Shown: positions 11,383-27,314 of the stretch, one piece after another
Layout of the letters: every line of letters starts with the position of its first letter
Numbering within the stretch: position 1 is the first letter of the stretch
NCBI GenBank assembly: GCA_964016885.1
Contig: OZ024743.1
Location: forward strand, 349,804,001 to 349,868,000
From: Eledone cirrhosa
Lineage: Eukaryota
DNA: 64,000 nucleotides
Direction of reading: 5' to 3'
Notes under the pieces: model-generated
Seen by the model: only the letters and a program-made list of their open reading frames with translations
Databases searched by the model: none
Told to the model about the DNA's origin: nothing
Made by a program: the position numbers and the translations under genes

Positions 11383-14300
11383 TGTGTGTGTGTGTGTGTG
11401 TGAGCAGCAAAATAGAGACAGATTTAATATGGGTTGTTTTTCATAGATGAAGATGTGTTAATTTCTTTGGTACGCATGTGTTGATTGATATATTTAGGTT
11501 CAATATCATGATGCATGTTTGTCATGGTTAGATAAAGCAGAATTTCTGGAAACTTTAGCACTAATATTTTTCAGATGGCAGTACAACGGATGGAAGTATC
11601 ACTAGTGTGACAACCACCTAATTCATATTTTGTAACCGCACTACAATGCATCTACGACCAATACATTTAGCTTAGCTATTACTAGTTTTCTCTTGTATAC
11701 AGTATCACACTATGCAAGAAACAACCAGGAAAATTATCCGGGAGTGATATACTGCTAATTGGTCTGTTTGATGAAGATGTTTACATAAAATCTTTATTCT
11801 CTGGGTATCAGAAAATCAGGTAAGTTCTGGTAAGAATATACTTCGCTGATTCGGTTTAATGAGACCGAAACTTCCAGGAGTTGTCATCATATTATCGGCC
11901 TCACTACTCATTATGTGTCTCTATTGAAATTTTAATTAATTTAGAATTTGTAGTTTTCCAACACCCACCCCAGCTATCTGTAAATAGTATTTTTTTTACT
12001 ATCATTGCGAAAGTTTCAGTCTTATGTCAATATTGTCTAATGAAAGATAGGTTCCTAATAAGGTTTGATGAAGATACACGATATGAATGTTCTCAAACGT
12101 GTTTTCAAATGAACCTTACGGGGTCGATAAAATAAAGTACCAGTAATGCACTGGGTAAGTGCTGGCCTTGTGTCTAAAGTAGAAACAATTATTGTTAATA
12201 TTGATCCTGTGTCTCTGTATAGATTACTTATGATGTTGCTTAAGCTTCCACGTACATTAAATGTAATGTGTAAAAGTCACTTAATTCTACTTGCCGAATG
12301 ATTTGTAACTTACTAATGAATCTCAAACAAAAGTTTTATCTTCATTTGCTTAAGGTAGCAAGTCTAATTAAGGAAGTTTCAACGGCATACTTAACTTTAC
12401 TTGCCAAAGACACTATTGTCGTAAACTGTGCAAGTATGAAACGGAAATCAAATTCATCAATCAGCAGATAATTAGTGAGTTATGTTATTTATTGGATGAC
12501 ACGCCTTGTTGAGCTGATGAGTTGTTAGTTTCGTTGCCGGTGGCTTTACATTTTCTAGAATGGGTCATTTAACTATTGCATTGCGTTTTCAAACCCATCT
12601 AGTACGTAGGTACAATTATATATTCCTCTTAACTGTAGACACAGTTCAAATCTATAAGAAACAACGTAACAGTCTATTTTATACATGTGTCTTTGATTTC
12701 TTGCAGTGCTGACTAGGTGATGGATGGGCTTCATTACATCGATTTGCTCTCGATACATTTGATTAGATGTGGAAAGACTTCCGCTTGTGTGTGATATATA
12801 GATCCACCATTAAAAATTGAAACCATACGCTGGCGAAATCTACAAATACCTATATGAAAAGCAAATGATTTAATCATTAAGATCAACACTCTAATTTAAT
12901 GTATATTGTATTTGAAAACATGATATTCTTTTAATTTGCTACATGGATGGCTCGATATGATTTTAAACTACGCTATTTATAAACATATGTTAGAAAAGAG
13001 AGTTAACTAATAGAGTAGAATGCTAATCTGGAGCTCTTCATAATATCTGATTCCCCGGCTTATATTCAAATGTTGCTGCTGTTAAAATACTCCCACGTTT
13101 AATGTTTGGGAATCTGCTGTATGCCATTATGACAAGAAGTGATCACCGAGTAAGATACCATGCTGATTCCGTTTTAATCTAGGGTTAAAACTGTTTAAAT
13201 ATATCTTTACTGTTAAAACATTTGGTAAAGAAACGATAGACAGGAACTCAGCAGATTTTGTGATTCACCGAAATACATGTGATCATCATTCAGGAGGATA
13301 TTGAATTAGCCGCTCAAAAATACATTTTGTGACTGAAACCATGATATGTTGCTTTATATGTTATGCCTGAAAACACAACGGATAGAAAGTAACATTTATA
13401 CCAAGAGAGTTAATGAAATCACATTATTATCTGTCATTAATTGGGGAGGTTCCAATTGAATATTATACTTCAACTTTTATCTGCGAGAGTACAAACTGAG
13501 TATAGAAATCAAATCAATATTTGATATTCGCTTGTTTCATATATGTGCTCACAAATTATTTATTACGAAAGATAATCGCAGAAATTATATCTTTTTGTAC
13601 TTCCTGACAAACTATCATTGAAGGAACAAGAAATAAAAATATACAAAATATAAATAGGACATAAAATCGAATGCAATAACCACAGCAAAACACGAAAATG
13701 AAATATAGCAAACAAAAAGATAGCTAAATCATTCTTGATATCTTTCACTATAATACTCTGAGAGCAAAACAATGACTGATTAAAGCAATTTATTTGTATT
13801 GGATTACCGGCTCTTGGAGTGTTTCGGAAATATTCAGTACGCTGTGACGGGTATCAGGTGTGGTAGGAAAGGTAAATGTTAGGTTATTGAGAATACCGAG
13901 AATATTCTACACTGATAAGAATGACGACGATAACATCGGAATAGTTGTTAATAATATTTTTCGTTATCCTTTGTTCCTGCATGTTATTGATGTTCATTGT
14001 CGCCTGTATTGCTATTATTATTGCCATTGTTTTTGTTGTTGATAGTGATGTTTATTATGTTGATAGTATTTGTTGATCTTTCTTGCATTGAAGTATAGAA
14101 TCGTGTATTGTTGTTAGGAGTGAGAAGATGCATTGCAATATTATTACTGGTGGTTAAATGTAGTAATAGTGGTTTATGTGTATTGTATAGATCATATATA
14201 TTTCCTTTATTGAATGAATTTCTAGACTTGTATACACACAGATGCCTTAAGGATATATATTTGATTTAGAATGTATGACGCTATATATAGAGTAGCAATG

Positions 14301-15691
14301 TGTAATATTAAGTATGCATTCATAAATTGTGAAACTAATAATTGTAAGTAGACAAACACAATCTTTTATTTCAGACGAAGAAGGTCAGGGTTCATAATAT
14401 TTAAAAAAATTCTAAAACTGGAAACAGAAAAAGAGGAAGAAAGAAAACAAGACTCGCAGGTTACAGCAGTAGGAAGCATTATGTAACAGAGTCTAATCCA
14501 ATGTCTAACTGGAGACGCTAAACTGTATCATGTCTTAGTATGAGATTAGTCATTTAAGAAGAGATATATTCGGGGAGGCTTCATCATAGTTTCTGAATAC
14601 AAAATATATCTTACAATTCTAAAGCCAAATTGGTGATGGGGCAGAGGATATTTATCTTAGCTTTCACGGAGTGAAGACAGAACGGCGTGAGTGCGAATTG
14701 AACACCAGCATTTAAGCTAAATTAAACAACACAGACATAATTCTCAATTGCAGTTGTTTATACACAGCTATCACTAATATTTTATCTGACACACATATAT
14801 CTATACTAAACCAATGTTAACATTATTCACGATAGCAAGCAAATATCACACCCACCTGCCCCACCGTAAAGTAAAATCAATCACCCAGCATAACAACTAC
14901 AGCTAAATCAATGGGGTCGAGGAACGTCATAACCCCCCAGTCGACGTATTAAGTGGTCTCTAAGTATATATCATTCATGGTAGCATTACAAAAAAATTAT
15001 GTTATTGAACTACTGGCTAGTTCCTAAATTTGACTACCATAATACTACACACCCTCACACAAACGCTCATACACGAAATCGTTCCTCCTCACTAATTAAC
15101 GTATAAGTGTTCACTATAAATTCCTGGGTTGGTGCCTTAAATAAATTATTGGGTGAGTGGAAAACAACCGAAGATGTATCGGTCCGATGGATAGCTTCGT
15201 TTCATTGTTTTTTGTAAACTCCCAGTGGATTAACACGCATCCAAATTTTAAAATGAACATTTAGTTCTGTTTTATTCTGTTTATTATAGTTCGATTTATT
15301 ATCTTTGTTTTCATTATGGAAGCCCTGGTTGACACTGAAAGTCGAGTTTACTACTACACAGACCGATGTCAATCGCGTTAGTGTGGATAGCTGGTCCAAA
15401 CTATCCATTCCAGGGAGGCTAATTACCAGCTGAAGACGCAATTCTTAGCCACATTACGTAATGTTTATTACCTACTTTCTGTGCAGGATAGTTCAATTTA
15501 GCCTGCTGCTAGCAGATGGAGTAGCATAAACCTCGGTCTGGTGCTGTAAAATCAAATTTTCTGCCCACATGAAGTCGTTTTTCTCACTATTTAATGTATA
15601 AGTTTCCACTCTAATTTTCGTTTCGGTCCTATTCGATAGTTTCGTTTCATTATATATATATAGAGAGATAGAGAGAGAGAGATAGAGGGAG

Positions 15692-15778
<87 letters not shown>

Positions 15779-15781
<3 letters not shown>

Positions 15782-15935
15782 AGTTTAATATAGAAATGGT
15801 TTCTACAGGACCTAAACTGTTTCATTCAAAAGAAATAATCCTATAGAAGCCATTTCTATATTAAACTTGATGTTTACACTCTACTAATTGAGTACCTTAT
15901 TAACTGTGATTATCCCGGGTTGAACCCGACACTCA
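15779..15935. mobile_element. Fold-back mini-element, same family as 5699-5885
   Basis: Inverted arms CAAGTTTAATATAGAAATGG / CCATTTCTATATTAAACTTG, plus the shared ACAGG...AACTGTTTCATTC and ATTGAGTACC motifs. Confidence 0.65.
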
Positions 15936-15968
15936 CACATATACGCACGCACACACACACACACACAT

Positions 15969-16531
<563 letters not shown>

Positions 16532-16766
16532 AATAGATAGATAGATAGATAGATAGATAGGGAGAGAGAAACAGAGAGAGAGAAAGAGAAAGAAAAAAAA
16601 GAGAGAGAGAGAGAGAGATTGGTTTCAGTACTATTTTAATCTGCTAGTGGATAGATCGCAGTCAAATTGTAAGTTGAACTTTTCACTATGTTTATTATAG
16701 TTCGATTTATTTATTAAAAACAAAATTAGAATGTGATTGCAAACGAATCGAATATTATTATTCACG

Positions 16767-16935
16767 GGGATTGGCAGTATCGGTAGAGGGTCGGACGTCA
16801 TGCTTTGACGCATAGAGTTACGACCCTTTCCATTCTGAGTTCAAATCCCGCCGAGGTCAACTTTGCCATCATCCCTACGGGGTCGATAAAATAATGTACT
16901 GGGTAATTGCTGGCATTGTGCCAAAAGTAGAAACA
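16767..16935 (+). mobile_element. SINE copy
   Basis: Same head, body and tail as 6416-6605; preceded by ATTATTATT. Confidence 0.9.
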
Positions 16936-17436
16936 ATTATTCGATCTAAAACTCACGAATAGATTTATTTTTTAATTGTTTGCTATTATGTCTTTGCTTT
17001 CTATATGGAAACCTTGGTTGTGTAAGTCATGTGACACTGAAGGTTTAGTTTATACTGCAATGGTTCCAAGTAAATCGGAGTAGTGTCTTGTTAGCAGACT
17101 TGTTGCTGAGATGCTAATTTCTCGGTGATATATTAGCAACTTGGTAGCTAATTGCATAATCCTTAATAGCATTACCTAATTTCTGCGCACACTTGACTGA
17201 CGCTAGTAAATGGAGTCACAGAAACTAATGCATTGGTCTGGGGCCGGACAATCAAAATAGCTACCCACATGAAATCGTTTTTCTCACTATTTAACGTATG
17301 AGTGTCTACTCTAATTTCCATGGGTTTGTTGTCTTAATGATACTGACTTAATTAAATTATTGAGTGAATGGGAAAACCACCGAAGGTGTATCGGTCCTAT
17401 TCGATAGCTTCGATTCAGTATTATATATAATCTTGA

Positions 17437-17825
17437 TGGCGGTGGATTGGCAGTATCGGTAGAGGGTCGGACACCATTCTTTGTAGTAGAGAAGTACGGC
17501 CCTTTACGGTCTGAGTTCAAATCCCACCGAGGTTAACTTTGCCTTTCATCCTTACGGGGTAGATAAAATAAAGTACCAGTAATGTACTGGGTAATTGCTG
17601 GCCTTGTGCCCAAAATAGAAACAATTATATATAATCTTGATGGCGGTGGATTGGCAGTATCGGTAGAGGGTCGGACACCATTCTTTGCAGTAGAGAATTA
17701 CGGCTCTTTACGGTCTGAGTTCAAATCCCACCGAGGTTAACTTTGCCTTTCATCCTTACGGGGTCAATAAAATAAAGCCGCAGTAATGCACTGGGATAGT
17801 TGCTGGCCTCGTGCCAAACGTACAA
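17437..17825 (+). mobile_element. Two tandem SINE copies
   Basis: Period about 204 bp. The flank TTATATATAATCTTGAT is repeated before each copy and, degenerately, after the second. Confidence 0.9.
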
Positions 17826-18602
17826 ATAATAATATATAGTCTTGTTAACAACACTATAGAAAATATATCTTTTATAATCTCGGTTGCTCACGATTACTCA
17901 CTCAATAAAAGCCTAAAAGCGAGCTAAGTACTCTCGGAGTGTTAACAAATTGTATATTTGTACTTGAGCGGTTGTGCGTTGTATCGTCTCGGACCCACGG
18001 CTTTCTTCAAGTGCAGACTGCACTGCCAGATGCAATTTACAATTTGTCAATTACAGTGGTAGCATGCCAAACTCTGCAAAGCTTCGTCGACGGATGTAAT
18101 TTAAAATAGCGAGAGTCATGTGTTAGTGTGTCTATCCTGTGCGTCGGTAAATTAATACTACTGTGACTAAGGCCGTAGGAAACACGTAGTGACGTCGCGG
18201 GTGTAGGAATCACCTATTGTTCGCCCAGGGACCGTGGTGGCGCCAAAATCGAAATGAAATATGTTTCGAATATTTTGCTGTTATAGATCTCGACCATTTG
18301 AAAAATAAAAAAGAATTATAAAGGAATACTGAGATAATAGCCTGATGAAAATTCCAGTTGTACTGTGAGGTGGGAGAAAAATAGTGTAGTTATCGAGGCT
18401 AACATTCGCACGCGCACACACATACACACATACACACACACACACGCACGAACACACACGCACACACACACATGTATATATATATGGGACCGTAAAAACT
18501 GTTATAGCACTCCGGTTACCGTACCATCTTACCCACACAAATCGTTTTCCTCAGTTTAACGAAAGAATACACTAAGGTCAGCTGGTTTCGAATTTGAAAT
18601 AA

Positions 18603-18766
18603 TTGTTTCTACTTTAGGCACAAGGCCAGCAATTACCCTGGTACTTTATTTTATCGACCCCGTAAGGATGAAAGGCAAAGTCAACCTCGGCGGGATTTGA
18701 ACTAAGATCGTAAAGGGACGTAACTATGCTGGAAAGCATTGCGTCCGACCCTCTACCGATACTGCT
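18603..18766 (-). mobile_element. SINE copy
   Basis: Reverse-complement match to the SINE family. Confidence 0.9.
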
Positions 18767-19291
18767 AAGAAATAATACGAACTGAGTTGTTCACAGGATG
18801 AGAGAGGAAAAGGCCGAAGCTTTGTCTGTTCTAATCGACTTGCTTCGTCACCTAATTAAACAGTTCATAAACATAATTGGTATTCTATAATAATCCAACT
18901 TCTACAGCTCACAACAAAAAAACAAAGGAATATATAGCCTTGATAACCACTAAACAGTGAGAAACGATCACCGGTTATTTACCGTTGTTTTTGCTTAAGT
19001 TAGGTATGTGATTATAGGTATGTGCTTAAGTTAGGTATGTGACTTTATATTCATAGGGAAAGGGCTTCAAAATATTCTTAAACATACAGTTTATTATTAC
19101 ATATACAATACGTACATTCATATATATATATTATTTTGAAATTACTTTGACAGGATTAAATCTGTTTAATTTGTATGAAGACATTCATAAAGAAGAAAAT
19201 AGATCTCGACCTGTAGAATCCTTTCTATATAATATTAATGTGCTTCTTAAAGGTATTAGGAACTGTGTTTGTCACCTTCCAAACTCCATTC

Positions 19292-19392
<101 letters not shown>

Positions 19393-19523
19393 AGAAAGAG
19401 CGATAGAGAGAAAGCGAGGGAGAAAGTTTATTGGTATGTAATTTTACGTTACAGTTGGTTCACCATATATATATAGACACACACAACCCCCCCCCCCCAC
19501 ACACACACATATATATATATATG

Positions 19524-19560
<37 letters not shown>

Positions 19561-19649
19561 CTGTCTGTCTGTCTGTGTGTGTCTGTGCGTGTATGTGTGT
19601 CTGTGTGTGTTCGAGTACCCGATGTGTTAAAGTGATTGAGATGGAGGCC

Positions 19650-22045
19650 ACTGGCTTTCGGCCGAAAACTACCAAGTTCAGCTAATATTTTTAACCTGAA
19701 TTTTAGAAAGTACTCACTTACGATAAATGAACTAGTTTTGAAGCTGATCTTCTTAATCTACTTGCTATCATATCTTTCCGGAAACACTGCAACTCCTTCA
19801 GAATAGAATAAGTGGAGACATAAAAAAAACTTCTCATCACCTGATAACATTTTAATCCTATCAGATAAAACTAACAATCTTTATGAACTAAAAAATTCTA
19901 CCTACAACCAATTTCTGGGCAAAACCATACAGGCTAAATATAAAAAAGCTGACACTGATACATATTATGTCATAAATAATGAGGCGAAGCATATAGCCGC
20001 CACCCTCAAAGTAGATATCAAGTTAGAATTCCTGGCTGGGTGAGAGGGCTATATTACACTTAAGGATCATAAGGACGACTTCATTAAATATCAAACTTGC
20101 AGACTCATAAACCCTGCCAAAACGGAATTAGAATTTCTTATTAAATACAGAAGACAACAGTCCAATCAGTGGGATAATAGTCAAGTAGTCATACATTGGT
20201 TTAACGTCCTCAAACACACTAAGAAGGCTAGGTGCAATCAATTTGATATAATTGATTTTTAGCCCTCGATATCCAGGATCTTACTTAATAAGGCCCTTGA
20301 TTTTGCTAGTAATTTCACCAATATAGACTAGTTAGACCGTTTAGTAATATCCCACTGCAGAAAAACCCTCCGCTTTAATAATGTTTCTACTTTTGGCACA
20401 AGGCCAGCAATTACCCAGTGCATTACTGGTACTTTATTTTATCGACCCCGTAAGGATGAAAGGCAACGTTAACCTCGGCGGGATTTGAACTCAGACCGTA
20501 ACTCTTTGCTGCAAATCATGGCGTCCGACCGTCTACCGATACTGCCAATCCACGACGGCACATAGATTATGAAATCTACTAACAACGATGTGCCGATGTG
20601 ATTATTTGACAGATATATGCGATGGTAGGCCGTTATATCTTAGATACACTACGTAAGAAATTCCCTGACTTCCATAGGGGCCTATACATTGATGACAGTC
20701 TGGCACTCTCGAGCCATAAAAGTGGTCATGACCTAGTCACATTTAGAAAAAAAAACTGATTACTATCTTCAGCAGCCTATGATTAGAAATGAAAATATCT
20801 ACTAACCTCCCCGGTGTTAACTTCCTAGACTTTAATTTAGACCTACATATACACACATACAGACCATTCCACAAACCCAGTGAGGAACTTACATACAATC
20901 ATAAGGGATCTAGCCACCCGCTATAGTTTTTTTTAAAATCATATTGATAAAATCAGTAAGAGCGTATCTAGCCTCTCTTCCAGGAAAGCCATCTTTGATA
21001 GAGCAGCTCTTTTATACAACTCGGCACTAAGCAACAGCAGATTATCCAAAAGAATCACTTACTCTCCAGATCGTTGCCCTACATTTAGAAAGAAAGATAA
21101 ACTAGATATAAAGATGTCGTGTCGTTCGCACCACCATTCGCATTCAATGTGAAGATCAATGTAGATAGAAAATTCCTAGCACCCCTAGATCTTCACTTCT
21201 CTGTAGGCCATAAATGCCGACAGATATTCAATCGACATACAGTGAAAATAGGTTATTCTTGTACAACTAACCTAAAAACCGACATCACCCGGAAACGCAA
21301 AGGCCATCCACCTTACGGATGCTCATGCAGAAGGCTTGAGACATACTCAGTTGAACTACTGTGCAACACTCCAGTGGTGATATATTAAACAGAAGTGACC
21401 TCCACCAACAAGAAACATCAGTCTGAAGCCTGGACTTATGTAGGAATGTCCGAGTACCGATTCAAAAACCGGTACCTGAACCATGAAACAACTTTCAGAC
21501 ACCCCGACAAAAGGCATGCCATCCAGCTCGCAAACAATGTGTGGAACCAAAAGCATAAGTGCACACCATTTTCCATTAAATGGAGTATATTAGAAAAAGT
21601 CACTGCCTATGTTAATGGGTCAAAATTTTGCCAGCTATGTTTCTCTGAAGAGTGGAATATACTCTCGCAACTGGCTTCAAAGAAACATTGCTTAAATCAC
21701 CGCTTCAGTCGCTGTCCACGTGAAGCGAAATTCATTCTGCGAAAATGGTATACACGAGACTAACTGATTTTAATTTCAAGGAATTTGATTGGTTTGAATT
21801 AATAAATTTGCACAAGTCCCCAACTCTTTGTAGTTTTTCCATAGTTACCTCCCAATAGATTACATACAATATTTGCTTTTCAGAGCTAAATTCGAAATTA
21901 CCTACCCTGAAAAATCAACCATCTTTTCTAAAAATCTCAAATCACCTGCGGAGGTAGCCATTTTTATTTTATATAACAAGCTGAATGAGGTGGAGTGTAT
22001 AAGCCAACGAAACTTAAGTACCTATATTTGTTACCGCTGTAACTA
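19650..22045 (+). mobile_element. Degenerate near-full-length Penelope-like element (RT plus C-terminal GIY-YIG), interrupted by a SINE
   Basis: Broken frames give SDKTNNLYEL, YITLKDHKDDF, CRLINPAKTEL, QFDIIDF*PSIS, GLYIDD and, in ORF 21395-21763, YVGMSEYRFKNRYLNH...CQLCFSEE. A 3' hammerhead-like motif lies at 21981-22020. Confidence 0.85.
20383..20553 (-). mobile_element. SINE copy nested in the PLE
   Basis: Reverse-complement SINE match inserted next to TAATAAT. Confidence 0.9.
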
Positions 22046-22105
22046 ATCATATTTATAGAAATAGGATTTCGCTTCAAACCGTGTTTCTTTAGAAATGTAC
22101 GAAAT

Positions 22106-22231
<126 letters not shown>

Positions 22232-22380
22232 GATTAGGAGGTTTGTAAATGTGAAGCTGTGACGGTCAGCTAGCATCCGCGAAAGAACAAAAGCGTTAAT
22301 ATAGTTCTTCATTTACTGTCATTTGTTTTCATATTTCTGTTTACTTTATGCATCTCCCCGCCTCTCTCTCTCTCTCTCTG

Positions 22381-22476
<96 letters not shown>

Positions 22477-22523
22477 TAAAGAGAGAGAAAGTGAAAGAGA
22501 GACACAGAGAGGGACAGATTCAC

Positions 22524-22576
<53 letters not shown>

Positions 22577-22582
22577 CATATT

Positions 22583-22613
<31 letters not shown>

Positions 22614-23574
22614 GTGTGTGTGTGTGCGTGTGCGTTGAGTGTGTGTGTGTGTGTGTGTATGTCTGTGTTGTGTGTGTGCATACATAAGAGAAATTTCGAA
22701 TTTCAACTACTTTATTATAACCTTCACGTCTTTCGTCATAATTCCTCTGCAGTTCGTTTGAAATAGTAATGTACCTAATTCCCAAATTCAATCAACGTTT
22801 CTAGACTTTCAGCGTCTCATTCTGTTTGTGAGGTTGGCATTGTACTGAATATTGATCTTGTTGCCATGTTGCGAATAGTTATCTTTTCTATGATTAAATG
22901 ATTATGTTTGTTCGGAATTCTGTATATAGATATATTTTCCGCTAATTTTTCGTTATCTATCTTTGCGCTGTGGTGTGTGGTAGACTGTGTTGTAATTGTT
23001 CCTTATATGTAAAGTGAGCCTTCCAGAGACTGTTGTACTTGTATGGTCGATATAGCATCGTTTCATGATGTTTAAAACCTTCATTTTGGTAGACGAATTT
23101 TAAAACACATTAATCATGTGTAGCTTGTTCTCGGGTTTACATGCATGCTGGTTTTTTAATTAAAAGTGGGGTTTAATTTTTGAGCTTTTGTAGTATATTA
23201 TTCCTTCTAATTTATGGTTCGAAGTAATGCACTTTGTGAACAGTTTATGATTATCTATTATGCATTTGCCCATGTATAAATATACATGTGTATATATGAG
23301 TGTGTGTGTACACGAGTTTCTATAAATTTCAGACTTGTTTCCTTACAAGAGTATAAATATCAACAAATATTTTCTAATAGGAAGACTCAAATCTGTTAGT
23401 AGATCCAAATTCATTATACAACTTGGATTGACTTGTAATTGAAAGGTAATTTCTTGGAGCCTGGATCAATTAATCACAAAATTTGAACCTCGGTTTTACA
23501 GTCAATTTAAGAAAAATTATATATTTATACATATAATATATACACATAAATTGTATGTATGAATGCATTTTTAT

Positions 23575-24175
23575 GGTGAACCCCATCTTGGAAAAAGCAC
23601 AAACCGAATATACAAGGACAGCAATAAGAACAACCTCCAATAGCTGGCATTTGATATAGACACTAGGATGAGATAGCTCTAAATGAAACGGACTGAAGAA
23701 AGTGCATAAAGGGCAATTGCAAAACTTTTGAAGAATGTTGCCTAGAACATAAACAACTGAAGCCTCAGCTTCAGAAGGGTTATATACTTCATGAAGTCAT
23801 TTGGTAGTTGGATATACAAATTCTGTCAGCATGTACTCCTCTCAAAAGCTGGTTATGTCAATCACCTGAAGTCACATGAAAAAATAACCACACGCATCAC
23901 TACTCAAAAATGGACTGGCGAAATAACATGCGTGATATGCAACAAAGAGTGTAGAACTAGTTGCGGACTAAACAAAAACACATGGTGATACATAAAGATT
24001 AAGTCCCACAAGTTGAGCCTAGCGGTCTTGTAGAAAGCACCAGCCCTCTTCTGTTGCCTGTGTAGTAAAACCATGCAGATCTACAGCTGGTCTACAAAGT
24101 CATCTACGAAATCATGGACGCGGTTTAGATGATAACGAAGAATCAATAAGAGGCAGCAATCGTCTCTGAAGACGT
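23575..24175 (+). mobile_element. RTE-clade LINE 3' fragment with C2H2 zinc-finger remnants
   Basis: RTE-like terminal motifs followed by xKFCQHVLLSKAGYVNHLKSH, CVICNKEC and a third C-x2-C...H-x3-H remnant. Confidence 0.55.
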
Positions 24176-24594
24176 TGCAATCCTCAAGTATGTATGCATA
24201 TATATGTCTGTCTGTATGTCTGTCTGTATGTCTGTCTGTCTGTCCGTCCGTCTGTCTGTATGTCTGTATGTATGTATGTATGTGTGTGTGTGTGTGTACG
24301 TACGTGTGTATTATCTTAATTTCAGTGTCAATTGATTGTCAGTATTGCATTTGCATCACCGCAAGCAATAAATTATAGTGAAATAAGATTTAAGCACTCC
24401 CCATCTCTTGCACTTAGCTAATGACTGGTATCATGTACTAGCCCTCATGTTATCAACTTTCTTAAATACCGTCGGATTAGATCGCACTCCCTTAAGATAT
24501 TATTACGTAAGTGTTGGCTGGCGCCTCATGGGCCTAACCTTTTATATTCAATGAAGTGAAGGATTGAAAAGTAGAACACACAGAACATGTATAT

Positions 24595-25761
24595 ATGGGC
24601 CCGAACTATGCCAACCTTTTTGTTGGCCATGTTGAGGCCCAAATCTTTGCCCAGTACACCGGCCCCACGCCCGAACTGTACGGTCGTTACATTGACGACT
24701 GTATCGGAGCCACGACCCTCACTCGAGAACAGCTCGACTCCTTTCTCTCCTTCTTCTGCTCCTTCCACCCCTCCCTCCACTTCACCTCCTCTATCTCCAC
24801 CACCCACGTCCACTTCTTAGACATCTCCGTCGCCTTCGACCCCTCCCACCACTCCCTCGTCACCTCCGCCTTCTTCAAACCCACCGACTCCCACTCTTAC
24901 CTCGACTTCACCTCTTCCCACCCCACCCACACCAAACACTCCATTCCCTACTTCCAACTTCTCAGGATCCGCCGCCTCTGTAGCCGTGATGCTGACTTCG
25001 AGTCCCAGGCCCTTTCCCTAGTCAGCCATTTCATCCGCAGAGGTTACCCCCCTCTCTCGTCTACACCGCTCTCACCCGCGCCCGTGCTGTCCCCCGCTCC
25101 ACCACCCTCACCCCACGCCACCGCACACCCACCCACCGTCTCCCCTTCCCCATCACCTACCACCCCTCCACCTTACCCCTCCACCGCACCATCCGCCGCC
25201 TCTTCCGACGCCTCCAGTCCGACCCATCCACCTCCCACATCTTCCCAACCCCACCACTCCCCTCCTTCAAACGCGCACGCAATCTCCGCACCCTCCTCGT
25301 CCACATCTCCCTACCCCCAACCCACGCTCTGTTCCCCTCCCCCCGGTTCCTTTCCCTGTTCTAGGCTCCGCTGCAACACCTGTCCCCACATCACCAACAC
25401 CACCACCTTCCAGGGTCCCAACGGCCACTCTCTCTCGGTCCGGCATGCCTTCCGCTGCACCACCTCCGACCTAGTCTACGGACTTCGCTGCACTGAGTGC
25501 AGCGCGACTTATGTCGGACAGACGGGACGTCGCCTGGCGGACCGAGTCACGGAGCACCTCCGGGATATTCGTCTCGGGGGCAGTTCCCCCATCGCCCGCC
25601 ACTTTGGTGGCCCTGGACACTCCGCACGCCATCTCACAGTCTGTGGCCTACTCCAGTGCCACGGAACACCCGCCCATCGCCTTACGGTCGAACAACGAAC
25701 TATCTTCATCTTACAGACCCACACTCCCCCCGGCCTGAACTCCCCACCCTTATTCCTTTAG
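24595..25761 (+). pseudogene. PLE RT-thumb-GIY-YIG reading frame (partial) with two compensating frameshifts
   Basis: 388-aa ORF. The conserved linker (PITYHPS...LQSDPSTSHIFPTPPLPSFKRARNLRTLLVH) is in a different frame between about 25050 and 25340. Confidence 0.8.
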
Positions 25762-27196
25762 CGTTCGACCGCCCCCCCCCCCCCACTTATCCCCCTCTAA
25801 CGCCACTAACACACCCTCCTTTTCACCGCCCACCTCACATTAACAATACTAACACCTCCACTCCACCCCTCATCTGACCACCCTTCCCCAACTAACATAC
25901 TAACATCCCTTCCCTCCCCTCTTCTCCTCCTCCCCCCTCCTTATCACACGCACACACCCACCGGCACATATATACACGCGCTCACACTAAACACACACCC
26001 TACTACCACCACTAACCCTCACCCCCACACCTCTCACCCCCACACCTCCATCCCACCACCCCGCAACTAACCTCACTAACAGCCCCTAACCCCAAGCACA
26101 CGAACACACGCACCCACTTACACCACCCACCCCACACGCAACTAACATCACTAACACCCCCCAACCCCACGCACACGTACCCACACACCCTCGTACACCA
26201 CCAACTCTACACACCCTACCACCAATAACCCCCACTCACACCTGCATTCAACCCCTCCCCACCTCCCGTATACTAACACCCACTAACACCTCTTCATCAA
26301 ACTACACACACACTAGTACACCACACTCCCTCCATAGAACCACACACACCCTTCTCTCCCCGCTCCACCCACACCTTCGCTCCACACTCACTCATCCCAC
26401 TAACACCCCTACTAATACACACACACACACACCCTCCTCACTCCAACTTTCACACCTACCCATCCTCGCCCCCTTACCATTCCACCGACTGCTGTTATGC
26501 CCTCTGACCACCTCCCAGCACTAACAGACCACAGCACTCCCACTGCTGACCAATTCCTGTTGCGCGCGCACCCCACATCTCTCCTCTTCCGACCACCGCT
26601 TCATGGATTACCCACACGCAGAAATTGACTTACAACCAATCCACTAAACATCCTTGGAACTTACCAACTTTTCAACCATCCTCTTACGTAATCACCTATA
26701 TAACTCACCACATATTTACACCACATATTTACACCCTCAGCCTCCTGATTCCTCTCCCCCCACCCTCCTATCCACACACGCACAGACACTCCGACCCACA
26801 AAAACACCCCCCACACACACCTCTTCCTGAACATGCAACCCCGTTCTTCCCCCAACCCTTACTTTCACATACACACACACACACGCACAGGCACACCTAC
26901 ACACACACACCACTTTCAGCCCTCCCCGCTGGGACACCCCGTCTCCCTCTCCCCACTCCACCCGCCACCTACTCACTCCACACCCTTCCACCACCTGTTT
27001 ACCCCCCTTTTAATTTCAGTTTATTTTGATCATGCCTTTACTTTTAAATTTTCTCATTCCTTGTATTTTGATCATGCTTTATTTTTATTTTTTATCTTTA
27101 TTTGTTATTTTTTCATTCGCACCGTTTCCTTTCGCTATATGTCTCTCCACCACTCCCCTACACACCCTTTGAACTCTGTTCCCACACACTTCTCAC

Positions 27197-27224
27197 CTGA
27201 GGAAGGGCTTATGCCCGAAACGTC
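27197..27224 (+). ncRNA. Minimal hammerhead core in the PLE 3' pseudo-LTR
   Basis: CUGAGGA-A-GGGC(UUAU)GCCC-GAA-ACGU-C, with a palindromic helix III. Helix I is only about 2 bp. Confidence 0.55.
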
Positions 27225-27314
27225 GTCCCCCACCTACCCCCCACTCTCTTGAGCGTGAAATTAATAAACATTTATTGTACTGCCTCTCTGTTTTGTCCCT
27301 GTTCAAATTTTTCC

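Noticed and set aside
11560-14900. Long non-repetitive AT-rich stretch
   Set aside because: Apart from a SINE fragment (about 12113-12190), I could not support any ORF, repeat or motif.
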